A stretch of DNA of 64,000 nucleotides from the human T2T-CHM13v2.0 reference genome, Homo sapiens (GCF_009914755.1 NC_060935.1), one strand, 5' to 3'; positions 1-16,908 are shown, numbered from the stretch's first letter. Notes: a model not told the origin generated them from the sequence alone. A program made the numbers and translations.

Positions 1-1950
<1,950 letters not shown>

Positions 1951-2200
1951 AAATACTGCAGGTTCTCACTTGTAAGTGGGAGCTAAATGGCATGTACACA
2001 TGGACATACAGTGGGGAATAATAGATATTGGAGATTCAGAAACATAGGAGGGTGGCAGAGGATGAGGGATGAGAAATTACTTAATGGGTACAATGTACCT
2101 TATTAGGTGATAGTTACACTAAAAGCCCAGACTTCACTACACAATATATCCATGTAAAAATGCACTTATATCCTTTAAATTGAACAAATTAAAAAACTAA
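1951..2200 (+). mobile_element. Older LINE-1 3' end (L1PB/L1MA-type), probably the host of the L1PA3 insertion
   Basis: TTCTCACTTGTAAGTGGGAGCTAAA...GAGAAATTACTTAATGGGTACAATGTA...CACTAAAAGCCCAGACTTCAC is an older L1 3'UTR motif set, directly after the L1PA3 tail. Confidence 0.8.
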
Positions 2201-2248
2201 AGAAAGAGAAGTCTTATGCCAAAAGCTTGATTGTAATAAATTCAGTGA

Positions 2249-2710
<462 letters not shown>

Positions 2711-3254
2711 CGTATACTTATTAAAAACAGAAAATATTGATTTTTAATATGTTAAATGTTGGTTTCCAAAAAATAGAGCAGTTTAACCATCTTCATAGCT
2801 TTACTAATACAAAGCAAAAAGAAATTTCAATGCAAATGGAACGGTATTGATTTGACTATGAATCTTCACTCTTCTAATCAAGCATTCTTTTAAAAATTCT
2901 AAAGACTTAGAGAGTATGTCTTATGGTTAATGTTTTGTCTTCTCCTTCCTTTTGTTCTCAGTGATTAGCACATAATATATACTCAATAATGTTTTCTCAG
3001 TAAGGGAACCCATCAATCTCATGAATAAATATATCTCTCTGACGTTTTTCCCCTAATTGACAATTACCTGAACTTTTGGGTGTAGGAATCTTCCCTTTAT
3101 TTTTTTCCTTGACACTGACATATTAAATTTCTGATCAAGGCTTCTATTTCTATAACTAGCTTTGATACTCTGCCCCAGATCTCTAGGGTCAGACTCTTCC
3201 AGAGGCAGCTGTCAAGTGCTGCCAATAGCACTGGAAAGGAAGATAATAATTCAA

Positions 3255-3340
3255 ATCCCAATTCTGCATCTACTAGTGGCATGGCATTGAACAATTTGCT
3301 TCATCCCTTTGGACCTCAGTTTTCTCATCTGCACAATGTA
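3255..3340 (+). mobile_element. MIR fragment
   Basis: MIR core motif CCTCAGTTTTCTCATCTGCACAATG. Confidence 0.65.
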
Positions 3341-3352
3341 AAGAAAAAACTT

Positions 3353-3510
3353 TGTGGTTCTTAACTAGAAGTGCTCACCAAAATCATCTATGGACCTCTA
3401 TTAAACATACACAAGCCAAGATTCATACAAAGAGATTCTGATTCAGTAGGTCCACAGGGAGGAGGAGAGCAAGAAAATGTCTGTTTTTCTAAAATGATCC
3501 ATAAATTTCA
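3353..3510. mobile_element. MER5-like hAT DNA transposon remnant
   Basis: GTGGTTCTTAAC...AGAGATTCTGATTCAGTAGGTC is typical of MER5A/B. Confidence 0.55.
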
Positions 3511-4159
3511 CAGTCTGTAGTTTCAGAAATTCCAGGAATTCTCAATCATTTATTTGCAAGAATTTATTAAAGATATGGTGTGTTCTTTTTATTTTAAATC
3601 CTCTGGAAGAAATACACTAGATGTTTCAACATTGACTTAATTCATTTTAATTATTCCATTAATCATCAATTTTAATGGTCAATTTAATTATTAACAAATG
3701 AGTTCGAATTCCTTTGGTTTCTGCCTATAGTTAATCAAGTTCTAGAGGCAAGAAAGTAATATAGAATATTTTAGGCAGTTGATCTCAACTGTGAAAATAA
3801 CTAGCTTTCAAGAATTGACTAATGCTAGAGAGGATAGCTCTGTGGCTGACAATACTGAGGTTACTTTACATGGGGCTAGATTTATACCTAATTATGGAGT
3901 AGATCAAGCTCATCTCTGGTGCTTTTTATTCCCTTCAACACCCTCATCCTGGGAATCATGTGGGCATACAGTATTTTAGGATTTTTTTTGGTATCCTGTG
4001 AAACTTTCCCCATCTTTTTATACTTGTATTCTTTCAATGTGTTAAGGTTCTAATACACTAATTGATCCCCAGATAGTATTGTTACCTCTCCACATCTTCA
4101 TTTCTTTACCCCTAAACTGTAAGATATTGCTTAAATTTTAAAAGAGAACTTCAAGACAA

Positions 4160-4430
4160 TGATTATCTTCTTTTAAGACTTGATTCAAATATTGCTTCTT
4201 CTGTGAAGTCTTCCCTAACTTGCCCAGGCAAAACAAGGTTTTACTTTCCCTAGGCTGTATTTGCATTTTATTTTATGTTGTACAAATTATCTGTTGACAT
4301 GGATTTCTCACTGGACTCTACATCTCTTAATGGTAAAGGCATTGCCTTTTTACCTCTATATCTGCATTTTCTGCCATAAACCTTGACATAGACAGTTTTA
4401 AAAAATGCTTATTGAACACATGAATGGGTG
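4160..4430 (+). mobile_element. L2 3' end fragment
   Basis: TTCTTCTGTGAAGTCTTCCCTAAC ... AAATGCTTATTGAACACATGAATGG resembles the L2 3' terminus. Confidence 0.6.
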
Positions 4431-7023
4431 GAAAATGTCAGAATTTCAAAAAATGTTTAAAAGCTGTCTTAAACCTTCAGGCAACCTTAGAAAGGGGATC
4501 TTTGGAATCCTCTCAAATGAAGCATATTACTGAATTTGTACCCTACCTACAAACCTATACTAGACTCAACTCTGTCCCTAGCCTGTAATGTCCATTCAAT
4601 AAAATCTTGTCACTTTATTTTATTTTAGAAAGCTTATCCTATCTACAATAGGAGTGTTATTTTAAAATCTGAAGAGAAAAGAAAAAGAGAAACTGGTTAG
4701 GAGACTTTTGCTCAAATGGGAAGCAATTAAGATTGAAACTAGATTGGTGTCAGTGGGAGAATAAGAAAAGGACCCACTTGGTAAGCACTTACTGCTGGGC
4801 CCTGTGAGTCGAGCAATTGATGGTATGCCATCTTTTTGAGAAACCTTCTAACTACAAGTTATCATTGGTAATCAGTCTGTTAAGCAAGTCTGTCACCAAA
4901 AGAGAGATCTGATATTCAAATTGCATTTAGTGTTTCAAAAAACAGAGTGCAGGCAGATTTTCTTCATATAAACTACTTTTTTTTAGGCATCTGAAATTAA
5001 TGAATTGCAAAATTCAAATAACATGTTTTATACAATTTGAATAAAAATGTGCTAAGAGAAACTGAGTTATACGTATTAGTCAATTAACAAGCTGCTTCTC
5101 ATTTGCCATGTAGTTTTTATAACACTTTAGAACATTTCTTTCTCAGTATTTGTTATCATTTATAGAATAATTTTAATCCCCAAAATAGGCATATTAGACA
5201 TTTTATAGCATATGTTTTCATAGAATATTCATTTATAAATTTCTAGATACTGGTTAATCTATAATAGGGTGTTTACTGATTACTATATAATATCTACTAT
5301 TCAATAATTGTGTATGTGATGGTATATATATTACATACTGGCAATTATTTATAGAAGAGACATTTTACATAGTATATATATGGAATGCACAGACATGTGT
5401 ATTTAAGCCTTGTTACTTGCTATCTCATATTTGAATTTTCCACTAGAATATAAGTTTTGAAATGACTTTATTTTCTAATCTCTAATAGCAAGATATAAGA
5501 AAATCTGGCTGTCCTTAGATACTGTATATATGTACTTTACAGCCATAGAATTTTAGTTGCAGCATGCAGGGTATGTATTTACCATGTAAACTGTATAGTT
5601 AAAATAATTTACAGATGGTCAGATAAATAAATAGAAAGAATATTAAACAATGTGTTTGCATTTAGATTATCATTTTTAATGTTTCCACTATACAGGAACA
5701 GATAAGCAGAGAATGGCATGGATCTTTATAGTTAAATAGCATGGATTTGTGAAAAACCACTTTAGTGAAGTGAAAAAGTATATTTCCACAGACATTATTA
5801 AGAGGTGAGAATTTCTCAAAGCCACATTGTAACATAGTGACCATAACATATGACACTTCTCAGTGTCATCATGTTATATTGGAATGTAAAATATTATTGC
5901 AAGAAAGATAATAAAAATGGCATCAAAATTAGCTACCTTAACAGCTTCTCTTTTTCAATCTCTTAGTCTTCCTAGATGAACTCCTGGCTTGGCAGAAATC
6001 TCTGAATTCTGCTCGTTCCATGTTCATGAATACTAATAATGTACCTCGAAATATGATCCCTTAACATGAATTAATTCTGCTTCCCAGGATATATTTTTAT
6101 TTTTCACATTTCACAAAGATTTATGAGAAATAATTGTTTGGCATTTATCGGCATCCATGTTCCACTAATTAACATCCTTGTATATCCATGGGGAAGAATA
6201 GACAGAATCTAACAATCCACTTCCTTTATCTTTTAACAACGTGTTTGTTTCTGTTTGGAGACTGTTAATTAGTTTAACCTTAGACTCTTTAAAAGCATTT
6301 TATTTCTTTTTTAATTCACAAGTTACTGAGAAAAAGCATAGAGCAACTGATTCAAATTAAGAACAAAGCATTATCTCATATATTTCTTATAAGGGAGGAA
6401 TTAATTGAAAAATAATCTCATCGTGGAGAGAGGGAAATATCCAGCTGGAGGAGAGGAGGTGATAAGTCACTGTATTTTCTTATGTTTCATCAGACTTCTT
6501 TCCCCTCTAAGGGGCAAGTTAGAGGCTTATTCTAATAAGCTCTTAACTGTAGCCAGTTTATTCAAGTTTAAGCTCTCAGCTTCATCATATATTGGCTTTT
6601 CAATCTTAAGCAAGCCAATTAGGATGGTGGCAGAGGAGTGTAGAGGTTATATAGATTCATTTGGTCATTTGTTTCCTTTGGTCAGCCAGGCACTTTGCTT
6701 TATGTAGTTCATCTCATTTAATCTTTGTAAAGATTATTATTTTTACTGTTCATCAAAGTAGGCATGATTAACTTTGCTATATTCTAGAAAATGGAAACCC
6801 AGTGATATTAAACAACCAAGTTAATGACTGGTAAAGATAATAAACATACACTTGGGCAATTTGGGGAAAGAAATAAAATAATATATGTACTTTGAAAACA
6901 AGGCAGCATTAAAGACATGTAAGATATGACATCATATAGGGACATTCAATCAAGATGAACTGAGACCAGGTATAATGCAGTTAATATGTCAAAAAAAAAA
7001 AGTTGAGGAGATTCTTCAGGAAT

Positions 7024-7207
7024 ATGGTTGCCAGATTTAGCAAATAAAAATATCAAATATCTGTTAAATTTGAATTTTAGAAAACTAGTTAATTTAGCAT
7101 AAATATATCCCATGCAATCTTAGGGATAGCTGATACTAAACAAATGTGTTTCTTAAACCTGATATTTGAATTTAATTGTGTGTCTTGTATTTTATCTAAC
7201 TGCCCTA
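7024..7207 (+). mobile_element. MER53 palindromic non-autonomous DNA transposon
   Basis: GGTTGCCAGATTTAGCAAATAAAAATA...GTTAAATTTGAATTT...CCCATGCAAT...TTTGAATTTAATTG...TGTATTTTATCT...CCCT follows the MER53 layout and length (~185 bp). Confidence 0.85.
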
Positions 7208-10200
7208 CTCAGGGACTTTCCTTTATAAGAAATAAAGGCTAGAGAGGCCTCTACTACTGAGGACAGGAACTGGGAAAGCTGTTACAGTAGGACCTCTGTG
7301 CTTTGATTATGCATCTAATATGATGACTTTCATTATTGGAGATTAGGCCCCAAGTATGAGAAAGACTGAAGAGTAAAATGGTTTGGAAAAACTGCAGCCT
7401 AGATTAGCAAGTTTGAGATAATGGAAGGGTGCTATGTATGGCAGTAACACTGAGATCCATAAAAGCCAGTAATAATTAGGTTTGGATAGCTGAGTAAAGC
7501 TTTGGTTAAAAAAACTTGGGCTGGCTCTTGAAAAATGAGTATATGAAGAGGAATAAAAGAGGATTAGTCTCTGGTGGCATTAGTAAAAATAAAACATGGG
7601 AATGAGTCCTTTTCAAATATCAATTCTGTACAAACATCTGTAGCTACACAAATATTACATGAAGAAACAGCTGAGAAAAAAGTAAATGCTCATATATAAG
7701 ATTAGCAAGGTATGGTGGGGCCCAGCAAGACAGGGATTAAATTAGGAAGAGAGTAGATACTGAAGATCGGTCAGGGAGCTGTTAGAGTAAGCATCCTGAA
7801 GAAGGCATAAACAGGCAGAATGAATCCTGTTCGTTGCTCCTACAAACATGCAGCATAGGAGGAAGGGAAACAGCTTTTACTGAGAAGCTGTATTTGTGTC
7901 AGTCATTGATATTTTATCATATTAAATATTCAAAGTTAAATTAATTGTGAAGTATAAATATGTATGTCAGTATGAAGATGACCAATGCCAACCAGGATCA
8001 TTGAATAAAAAAGAGTTTTGTTTAATCTATTTATTGCCATCTATGTCCAAAGAGGAAGTCAATATTGGCAGATAGTCTCCTTGTGCTCAAAGAGTTCAAA
8101 AAACTATGTCACAACTTAAGAGAAACAGAACTGGAATTAGGAAATCTGGTTGTGCTATTAACAAGTTAACAGAGTTTATTCATCTGTAAAACGGGAACAA
8201 GACTATCTCAGAGAAAAAGTATAAAGATTCTATTAGATAAGTTTTGGGCAAAGATTATCTCAGCTCTAATATTCTAAGTTCCCTCCTATGGAAAAGCCAT
8301 TATTCTAGAAACACCTTTTTTTGTTTTTTTTCCATTCTCAAGATGCTATGCCTTAACAACACTGGGGGGTGGATCACTTAGAAGGACAACAATTCAAGTA
8401 TTCAAATACGTGTTTCCAGCAGGACAGAGACTAAGCTGGTGCCTTTGAGGACAAATAACAGAAGATTTTTTTTGGAAAACATTCTGAACACATTTTGATA
8501 GACTTTGTGACAGTTTGGAGAAAAAAGATACAGAGCATTAAAAGCGGGATATGAAATCTAAAATATAAGGAAACAAGGACTTTGGGAATCTGAACCAGGA
8601 AACAGAAACTCAGTTTGAATATTTTATAACAAAGACCTGTTGTAGAATCCACAGTATTCTCTACTATTCTGTGCTGTAGAAAAATTATGACCCTGGGTTC
8701 TTTTAGATACAGAAAGAAGAAAATATTCCAGCAGGTCTCTCTTAGAAGTAGAGAAGAACATTTGCTTTTTGGTCTGATATCAGCCTTAGAGCATTTTTGC
8801 AGATTGGGCTCACTCTGTAGAATGAAAGTAGAATGAATTCTCAAAATTAGGGAGAACGGTCTCTATAATTTAATACCTATAGGACAAACTATATGTATGA
8901 CAAGATGAGAAGTAATGATACAAAATTATGTACTGTTTTATGTATTAAGTGAGATATCTTACATAAAGCATACCACAGGCACACAATATATGGTGATTTC
9001 CTTCCCTCTCCAATCACACCCTGCCCCTTCCAGATCCAATGCATATCCTCTTCCAGGGGTACCATGCGCCAACTTACCCAGAGCTCAGTGGTACAAATTT
9101 ACAGCACCTATCAGTGATAACAGCCAGAAATGACATACTCTTCCCAAAAAAGGCTTTTCTCTGCAGCGTAGAGGGTAGAATTAGGTCAGTTATGTAAGAC
9201 TCATATTAAACGAGTACACTTTGGGCCACTTTGGTGATATTGTTAATGTTTCTGCCTTCAAGTGGTTACAAAAGGAAGGTGAAGTTAATTTCCCTTGCTT
9301 CGGAAGTTCTGTTTTATAAGTCTGAAGGGTACAATATTGAAATGATAACCTACATTCAATATTAACCATTTGCTGCCAAAGTAAATACTATATTTCGATA
9401 ATTTCATAAATATCCAAGAGAAATTGTCCCAATATTCACATATATTGAAGTTAGCTCATCAGGAAAAGTCATTTTAGTGATGAGGCTCTGAAGAGGCCCC
9501 CAAAAATTGAGATAATTATAGTGATACGTCAACTGCAAAAACCATATTTGTGAGAGATGCTCAGTTATGTCTGAATAAGAATCTTAGAATTATAGAATGT
9601 TCCAACTGGAGAGGATCTTGTCTAACACATTTATCATAGAGATAAAGCAATTAAGACCTGGAAATGTTAAATTATTTGCTTAGGATTGCCCAAGAAATGG
9701 AAGAGATGGTTCTGAACCAGGTCTTTTGACTTAATTTTTTTCTAATGCATTTGTTATAGAGATAAAGCAACTAAGACAAGGAGATGTTATTTGTTCTGCA
9801 TTGTTCAGTAAGTGGAAGAGACAAAAATATTTTTCAATCAACAAACTCTTACTGTTGATGTTAATATGGCTGACACTGCCTCTCTGCCTTAAAGTGTATT
9901 ACAATAAAATGCAAAGACACCTATGAAAACCTTTCATCATAAAAGACGAAATTTCATTTTTTTCCCAAAACCCAGGTTTTAACACAGAAAACTTTGAGCT
10001 CCAAGAATTAAAATACTCTTTTTGAAGCTAGAATACTAAACATCCAATTTTGCATGTAGGGAAATAGAAACAAATATTTTAAATGTTTTGAACATAGTTT
10101 TCACAGCTAGAAAATTACTTAAAAAAAGGCCTCTCAATCTCTGTCTATGCTTGTTTCATTCATATTTTATAGCTTTTCTCACCTGAATTCTGGTAAATCC

Positions 10201-10842
10201 TTATCTTTCTGTCTTACCTCCCTATCACTCATCCTGAATTTCATATATTTATATTTGATTTTTGTTTTAACTCCGGGGAAGATTAGTATTTATCTCATTT
10301 TAATATTTTCTCTTTGTGCATTTCAGTACATTGCTTTAGTATTCTAATGTCCTCCAAAATTTAGATTTCTTGCAAAAGAAACTGCTGATTCTTACCAGGT
10401 TTGTATCACAAATAAATCTTTTAAATACCGTCTTTTAGTCTTCCAACAAGTTGCTGACATTTTATTCATGTTTGTATCCCTGTGACTTGCAGGTAGGGGG
10501 TACTAAATGCTGTCTGCTAAGTGCATGAATGATTAATGGAACAGCACAAAGGGGAGCACCCCAGGCTGGGGATTTTTTAGTTCTCTCACTAGGTTTGCCA
10601 AGATGTTTCAATCAGTATTCCTTGAGTACCACTTCAGAGTCAGCCTGAGTGTGACTTATTCTACCACCATCTACTTTACTTCAATTTTCTATAACTCATT
10701 TAAAAAAAGAATGCCAATGAAAATTCTGTCATATGCTTGAAACATTTTGGGGCTCATGTTAGTGGAATGACTTCTAGTTTTCCCAGCTTCTTCCAGTGCA
10801 AGTTTTCTAAACATATCTCAAAAAGCCCCAGTTTTATATCAC

Positions 10843-10889
10843 AACAGTTTCATGAGAAAGTGAAACAGTTTCATGAGAAAGTGAAACAG
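10843..10889. repeat. Perfect 21-bp tandem duplication (AACAGTTTCATGAGAAAGTGA x2.2)
   Basis: Copies at 10843-10863 and 10864-10884 are identical, followed by a partial AACAG. Confidence 0.95.
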
Positions 10890-12679
10890 ACTATGAACCT
10901 TTTGTACTGATCCATAGTATCTCTAGAAATTAAGCAAAGTAGATACACAGATGAGTATGCATATATTTTTACATATAACATATAAAGATTCATATAAAAT
11001 GTTGAATCATCTGGAGAATTTCAGGCTTGGGTAGGAATATACAATACTGAATAAAGTGGCTCATAACGTTTTATAAAAGAAATATTATCTTTTTATTTCA
11101 TCTCATTTGACTCCACCTATATATCCTAAAAATTTTTACAATAATACTTTCCCTGATTAACCATTAATTCAAAAGATAAAAAAAAACAAGACTTAGCCTT
11201 CTAAATTCCAGTTGCTTATTGGATGTAATAGTACTTTTAATTACTAAATGATTCCAAAATTAATACTATTGGACTCTGACTTCTGACCATAATGTTTTAA
11301 CAGAAATCAGATATACCATCCTATGTGAAACAATTAAAAAACTGGACAAGATATACAAAACAATAGTTTTCAAGAAATACAATATTGAACAATGTAGGAG
11401 AGTAATCCCTGAGAAATGAGAAACAAACAAGATGAACCCTACAATTGCCCTAGCCCATAGCCACAAGGGAATTTCCAGGCCATTGCAACAGGAGTCTGAG
11501 GACACAAAGGCTTCTAACATCTACAAGATAGAGGACTAGAGAAGAGGACTCTGACAATCCACAGAGGGCCTTTTTTGGGTATTTAGCAAATAATTTATCA
11601 GTACCTGAATGTGAGTTAGCCATTACAGCCTGCAAAACATACAGTCTGAAAGTATTGAATTGAACAGTACTCAGGATACACAGAAGACCTGGAATAGTGC
11701 CTGTACCCATAAATCTAAGTAGGAAGTCTTATAATTCACAGACACAGTAGAATACTCAGAAGACTATTGCCTCTGCAGTGGAGAATATTTCTATATATAT
11801 ACTAAACACAGCTGTAGTCCTACCTAACAAATTATAAAATAGTAGCAGTAAAGAACAAGCTGCTTCCAACTAACTGAACTGCATCCCAGAACAAAATTGA
11901 AGAGATTTATAAAGATAAAAAGAATACAACAATCACAAAAGTAAAATTTACAATATCTGAATTGCAATTTAAACAAGCTATCAGGCATACAGAATAGTGG
12001 GAAAAAAACAACCAATAATGAAAAAAAATAACAAGTAATTGAAACTTTCCCAGAATTGAAATAAACATTACCATGGATCAAAGTGTCAATTCATTAAGTA
12101 GTAGAATAATCCTAATCATGTAAGCACCTAATAATAGGTCTGTAAAATACATAAAGCAAAAATGAATGAAACTGTAAAAATAAAAAGAATTCACAAGCAC
12201 AGTCATAATTTAAATGTCCCTCTCTCAATAACTTGACAAAACAAGTCAACTGAAAAATAAGAATATAGTAGACTTGAACAACCCATCACTCAACAAGGGC
12301 TAACTGAAATTTATAGAATATTCCGCCAAACAATGGCAGCATATACATTATTTTCAAGGACACACAAAACACTTACCAATATGGACCATATTCTAAGCCA
12401 TAAATCAAGCTTTAATAAATTTAAAACAATTCAAGTCATACAAAGTATACTTTTGACCACAATAGAATTAAATTATATATCAGTACCAGAAGGATATCTG
12501 AAAAATCTTCAATATTTGGGAACTAAATAAAACATTTATAATAACTCATGTGTCAAGGACAAAAATCAAAATGAAAATCAGAAGATATTTTGAAGTATAT
12601 ACAAATAAAACACAACATATTAAAATTTGTGAGTTATCAATTTAGGGCATTATATGCTATATTAGAAAAGAAAGAAGGT

Positions 12680-13101
12680 TCTTAATTGAGTTTGTGTTGC
12701 TATAACAGAATACCAGAGACTGGGTAGTTTATAAAGCAAAAAGCTTAATTTGGCCCATAATTTTGATGTATAGAAGGTTCAAGATTGGTCATCTGCATCT
12801 GGTCAGAGTCTCAGGCTGATTTCACTTATTGTGGAAAATAACAGAAGGGAAGCTTGTATGTGCAGAGATCACAAGGTGATAGAGGAAACAAAGAAAGAGG
12901 CGAGGTGTTAGCCTCTTTTTAACAACCACTGCTTGTGGGAACTAACAGAGTGAGAACTCACTCATCTCTGACAGTGGGCATTAATCTATTCATGAGGAAT
13001 CGGTTCCCATACCCACATACCTGTCATTAGGCCCCACCTCCAACATTGAAATCAAATTTCAACATTAAATGTTTGGGGGACAAGCATGCAAACCAGAGAA
13101 A
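12680..13101 (-). mobile_element. MaLR solo LTR, MSTB-like
   Basis: TTGCTATAACAGAATACCAGAGACTGGGTA...TTAATCTATTCATGAGG...GGCCCCACCTCCAACATT...TCAAATTTCAACA; 5-bp TSD AAGGT at 12675-12679 and 13102-13106. Confidence 0.85.
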
Positions 13102-13152
13102 AAGGTCACAAATCAGAGGCTTCAGCCCCTGCCTTAAGAAATTGGAAACAGA

Positions 13153-13464
<312 letters not shown>

Positions 13465-13479
13465 AAGAAATTGGAAACA

Positions 13480-13759
13480 GGCTGGGTGCAGTGGCTCATG
13501 CCTGTAATCCCAGCACTCTGGGAGGCCTAGGCAGGTGGATCATGAGATTAGGAATTTGAGACCAGCCTGGCCAACATAGTGAAGCCCCATCTCTACTAAA
13601 AATACAAAAATTAGCCAGACATGGTGGCACGTGCCTGTAGTCCCAGCTACTCAGGAGGCTAAGGCAGGAGAATTACTTGAACCTGGGAGGCAGAGGTTGT
13701 GGTGAGCCGAGATCATGCCACTGCACTCCAGCGTGGGCAACAGAGCAAGACTCCATCTC

Positions 13760-13789
<30 letters not shown>
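13480..13789 (+). mobile_element. Alu, AluSg-like
   Basis: Full dimer with decayed CpGs, the GGATCATGAG 2-bp-deletion form and GAGACCAGCCTGGCC; TSD AAGAAATTGGAAACA. Confidence 0.88.
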
Positions 13790-13790
<1 letters not shown>

Positions 13791-14929
13791 AGAAATTGGA
13801 AACAGAACAAATGAAGATAAAAATAAGCAGAAAATAGCAAATAAAAATCAAAGCAAAAAATCAATGAAAGAGAACACAGAAAAACAATTTAAAAAATCAG
13901 TGAATCAAAAAAGCTAGTTATTTGAGAAAAATCAATAAAACTGATAAATCTCTATCCAGATTGGTCCAAAAAAAAAAAAAAAGGAAAGAAAAGGCACGAA
14001 TAACCAATATGAGTTTTTAGAGAAGTTATACTGCTACAAATTATATAATATTAAATGGATCATAAAAAAACAGTGTAAACAATTTTATGCCCACAATTTT
14101 GACAATTTAAATAAAATAGAAAAGTTCCTTCATAATTAATTCTGGAAGAAACAGATAACTCTAACAGATCTATCTATCTGTCTGTCGGTCTGTCTATCTA
14201 TCTACATAAATTTGAAAAATCAATGTGTACCTTTTTACCAAACAAATGAACAAGCAAAAAACTTCAAATTTTATTGTTGAGTTTATTTTAATAATTTGAG
14301 ATTGGTTTATTAAATACATAATTAAACTAAAGAACCAAAATATCACTCCATGAAGAGAACAAAATTTGGCTCATATAGTTGATTAGTGGTAAAATATCTT
14401 CAAATTGGTTTGGAATTTTTTAGTAGAAACACATATGGATATTTTACACAAATAATTTTGGATACGTTTGCTTATTTTGCCACTGTTTACACGTAAACAG
14501 TACATAAAATGCTCTTTTGATTTAGGAAATTCTAATATTAGATACCACAGAATTTAAATTTCTCTTTTTTTTTCTATTGATTATTTTTCCACCAGACTTC
14601 TTTGTTTGAACTTGTGGACCTATCCAATTTTCAGCTGTACTTGATACAATTCCCAAACCCTGAAAAATTATTTTCCAGTTTCATGTCATCATGTGATATC
14701 AACTCAAAAAGTGTTAATATTTAACCATACTTAAATTTTTGCATTGATTTCTAATTTCTTTGACTAATGTTTATAAAAATACCATCAACTAGTGTAAGGT
14801 ATTTTTATTACCTACCAACCAATCAACATACAAAAATTCAAAATCACTCTGAATGTGTTAGAAAACAAACTGAATGCTCCTTGAGGGAAATATAATAACA
14901 CTGAGTTATTTATTAAATTATTGGATGCT

Positions 14930-15150
14930 AACATTGTGGTAGCCAGGTACTAAGTCCTTTAAATATCTTTTCTGTTTCCTACAAAAATGTGAGATTAATT
15001 TATAATAATCATTATGCATAAGAAAAATGAGGTTTAAATAAATTAAGTAACTTGGCTGAGATCTCATGCTGATAATCCACAGTGTTAAGAACTGAACGAG
15101 CTCTGTTAAACTTTGAAGTCTATATTTTTAGCCAACATGTTACACTGCTT
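14930..15150 (-). mobile_element. MIR
   Basis: AGAAAAATGAGGTTTAAATAAATTAAGTAACTTGGCTGAGATCTCA is the reverse MIR core. Confidence 0.6.
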
Positions 15151-16349
15151 CCCTAAGTCTGTTTCTTTCATTTCTATAGTCATTGTAACTTAGAAGCAGT
15201 AAGTACTCACAGAATGCTTATTACATGCTGAGAAAGTTGATTGCTAACATTTTCATTACTTAAACTAATCTAAACCTCAGTTCCTTTTTGGTATGAAAAG
15301 ATAGTTTATAAAATATAAACATAAAAAACTATAAATCTACCTCTATTATAAAAAAAGAAAAAATAAAAATGAATGAACTGGCTAAAGGATCTATGAAAGC
15401 TTGATTTTTATAATGCCTTGGAGGACAGATGAAATTTTATATGTCTTAGTTGGGACACCACATTTGGTTTACTTGCCACCATTATTGCTGGCTTTATTCA
15501 GCAATATGTTGTATCATGATTATGACAGAAAAATAATCAGCCTGTGACATTCCTCAAATGCCTCCATTCTGTACAAAAGTATTACCCAACCTGTATCTTA
15601 AAACTATATACATGATGATATGCTGACTTTTGGCTCCATAAAAATAAGAAAAATTATTTTATTCAGTAAACTTGGAGAAGCAGAATGATGAATACATCTT
15701 CAAGATGTGAATAAGTCATGTTCTTTCTAGTAGCAAGATTAGATTTATAAATGTAGGACTGCTTTGATACTTGTATAATTTTCTTATTATTTTTAAACAC
15801 TTATTACATAGAAATTATTGCTTTGCAAGTGATAGTAGACCAATATATTTATTATATTTGCAGAAGGCATTATTCATGCCTGTCATTCAAATTATTATTC
15901 TGAAAGTAGCTCTAATAAAGTAGTTCATTTGCACAACAAAGCTGACTAATAAACATATGTCTCTAAATCACAGTTTATATAAATATTCAATGAAATCAGC
16001 AGAAGACACTAAAAGTAAATGCAGATTTCAATTTTACGCAAAGGGAAATTAAAAAAAGACAGCATTATTGTATAGACTCAAAAAGTTGTTATGGTTGGAC
16101 AGAACCCCCAAAGTCATTGAATCCATTAATTGAATCTATTATGAGAGTTTACATTTGTCCTTGATAAATTTCAACTTTCTAGAATATGTCCAGTTTTTCC
16201 ATCAGAAAGGATTTTTTTCCTTCCAATTCTTATTCTATAATTAGTCACATTGGTTTAAACTTCCAGCTCTAGGTGAAGGACAAATTTCAAAAGCAACATT
16301 TTCAAGACTTCATACAAATCACTAACAAGAATGCTTCCAAAGAGAGAGA

Positions 16350-16500
16350 GGCAGTCCTAATAGAGTGGAAAGAGCATAGGTCTTGGAATCAAAATAAATA
16401 GGTTTGAGGCTTGATGCCATAATTTCTGAGCTTATGACCTTGGCCACATCACATAACACTGTGAACTCCAGCTTTCTCCTCTGAAGCAGAGAAAATGTAT
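16350..16500 (+). mobile_element. MIR
   Basis: GTGGAAAGAGCATAGGTCTTGGAATCA...ATGACCTTGGCCACATCAC...CAGCTTTCTCCTCTG. Confidence 0.65.
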
Positions 16501-16908
16501 CAAAATATGAAGATACTTTATCAACTGAAAATGACTATATACATTTACATATTTGTCTAGATTGTGCAGTAGATATGCTACTGAAGAATATTTTTCAGTT
16601 GCTATTAATAAACATTATTTAAATAATGAATCAGTCTAAATTAACATGTAGCTATTAATTCATCTAAACTCACATATTTATATAACCTTAGACAATAACT
16701 GCACAGATTTTTCCCAGATATCTTGCTAAGTTTGTTATCTCAATAGTCATTTTTTGAAACAAAAATGAAAGAATTCATGTTGTTAATGGCAATAGCATGA
16801 TTTGTCATTAATTCTTGTTAAAAATGAAAATAAGTTTACTTTTTCTTAAATCATCTTTAGCAAATATTTGTGGGTTACTGTGGCTCACTTAATTCCTTTT
16901 TAAGGACT

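Noticed and set aside
8431-8844. 137-aa minus-strand ORF
   Set aside because: It has a non-ATG start, low-complexity F/L/I/K composition expected from AT-rich DNA, no recognisable domain and no clear splice boundaries.
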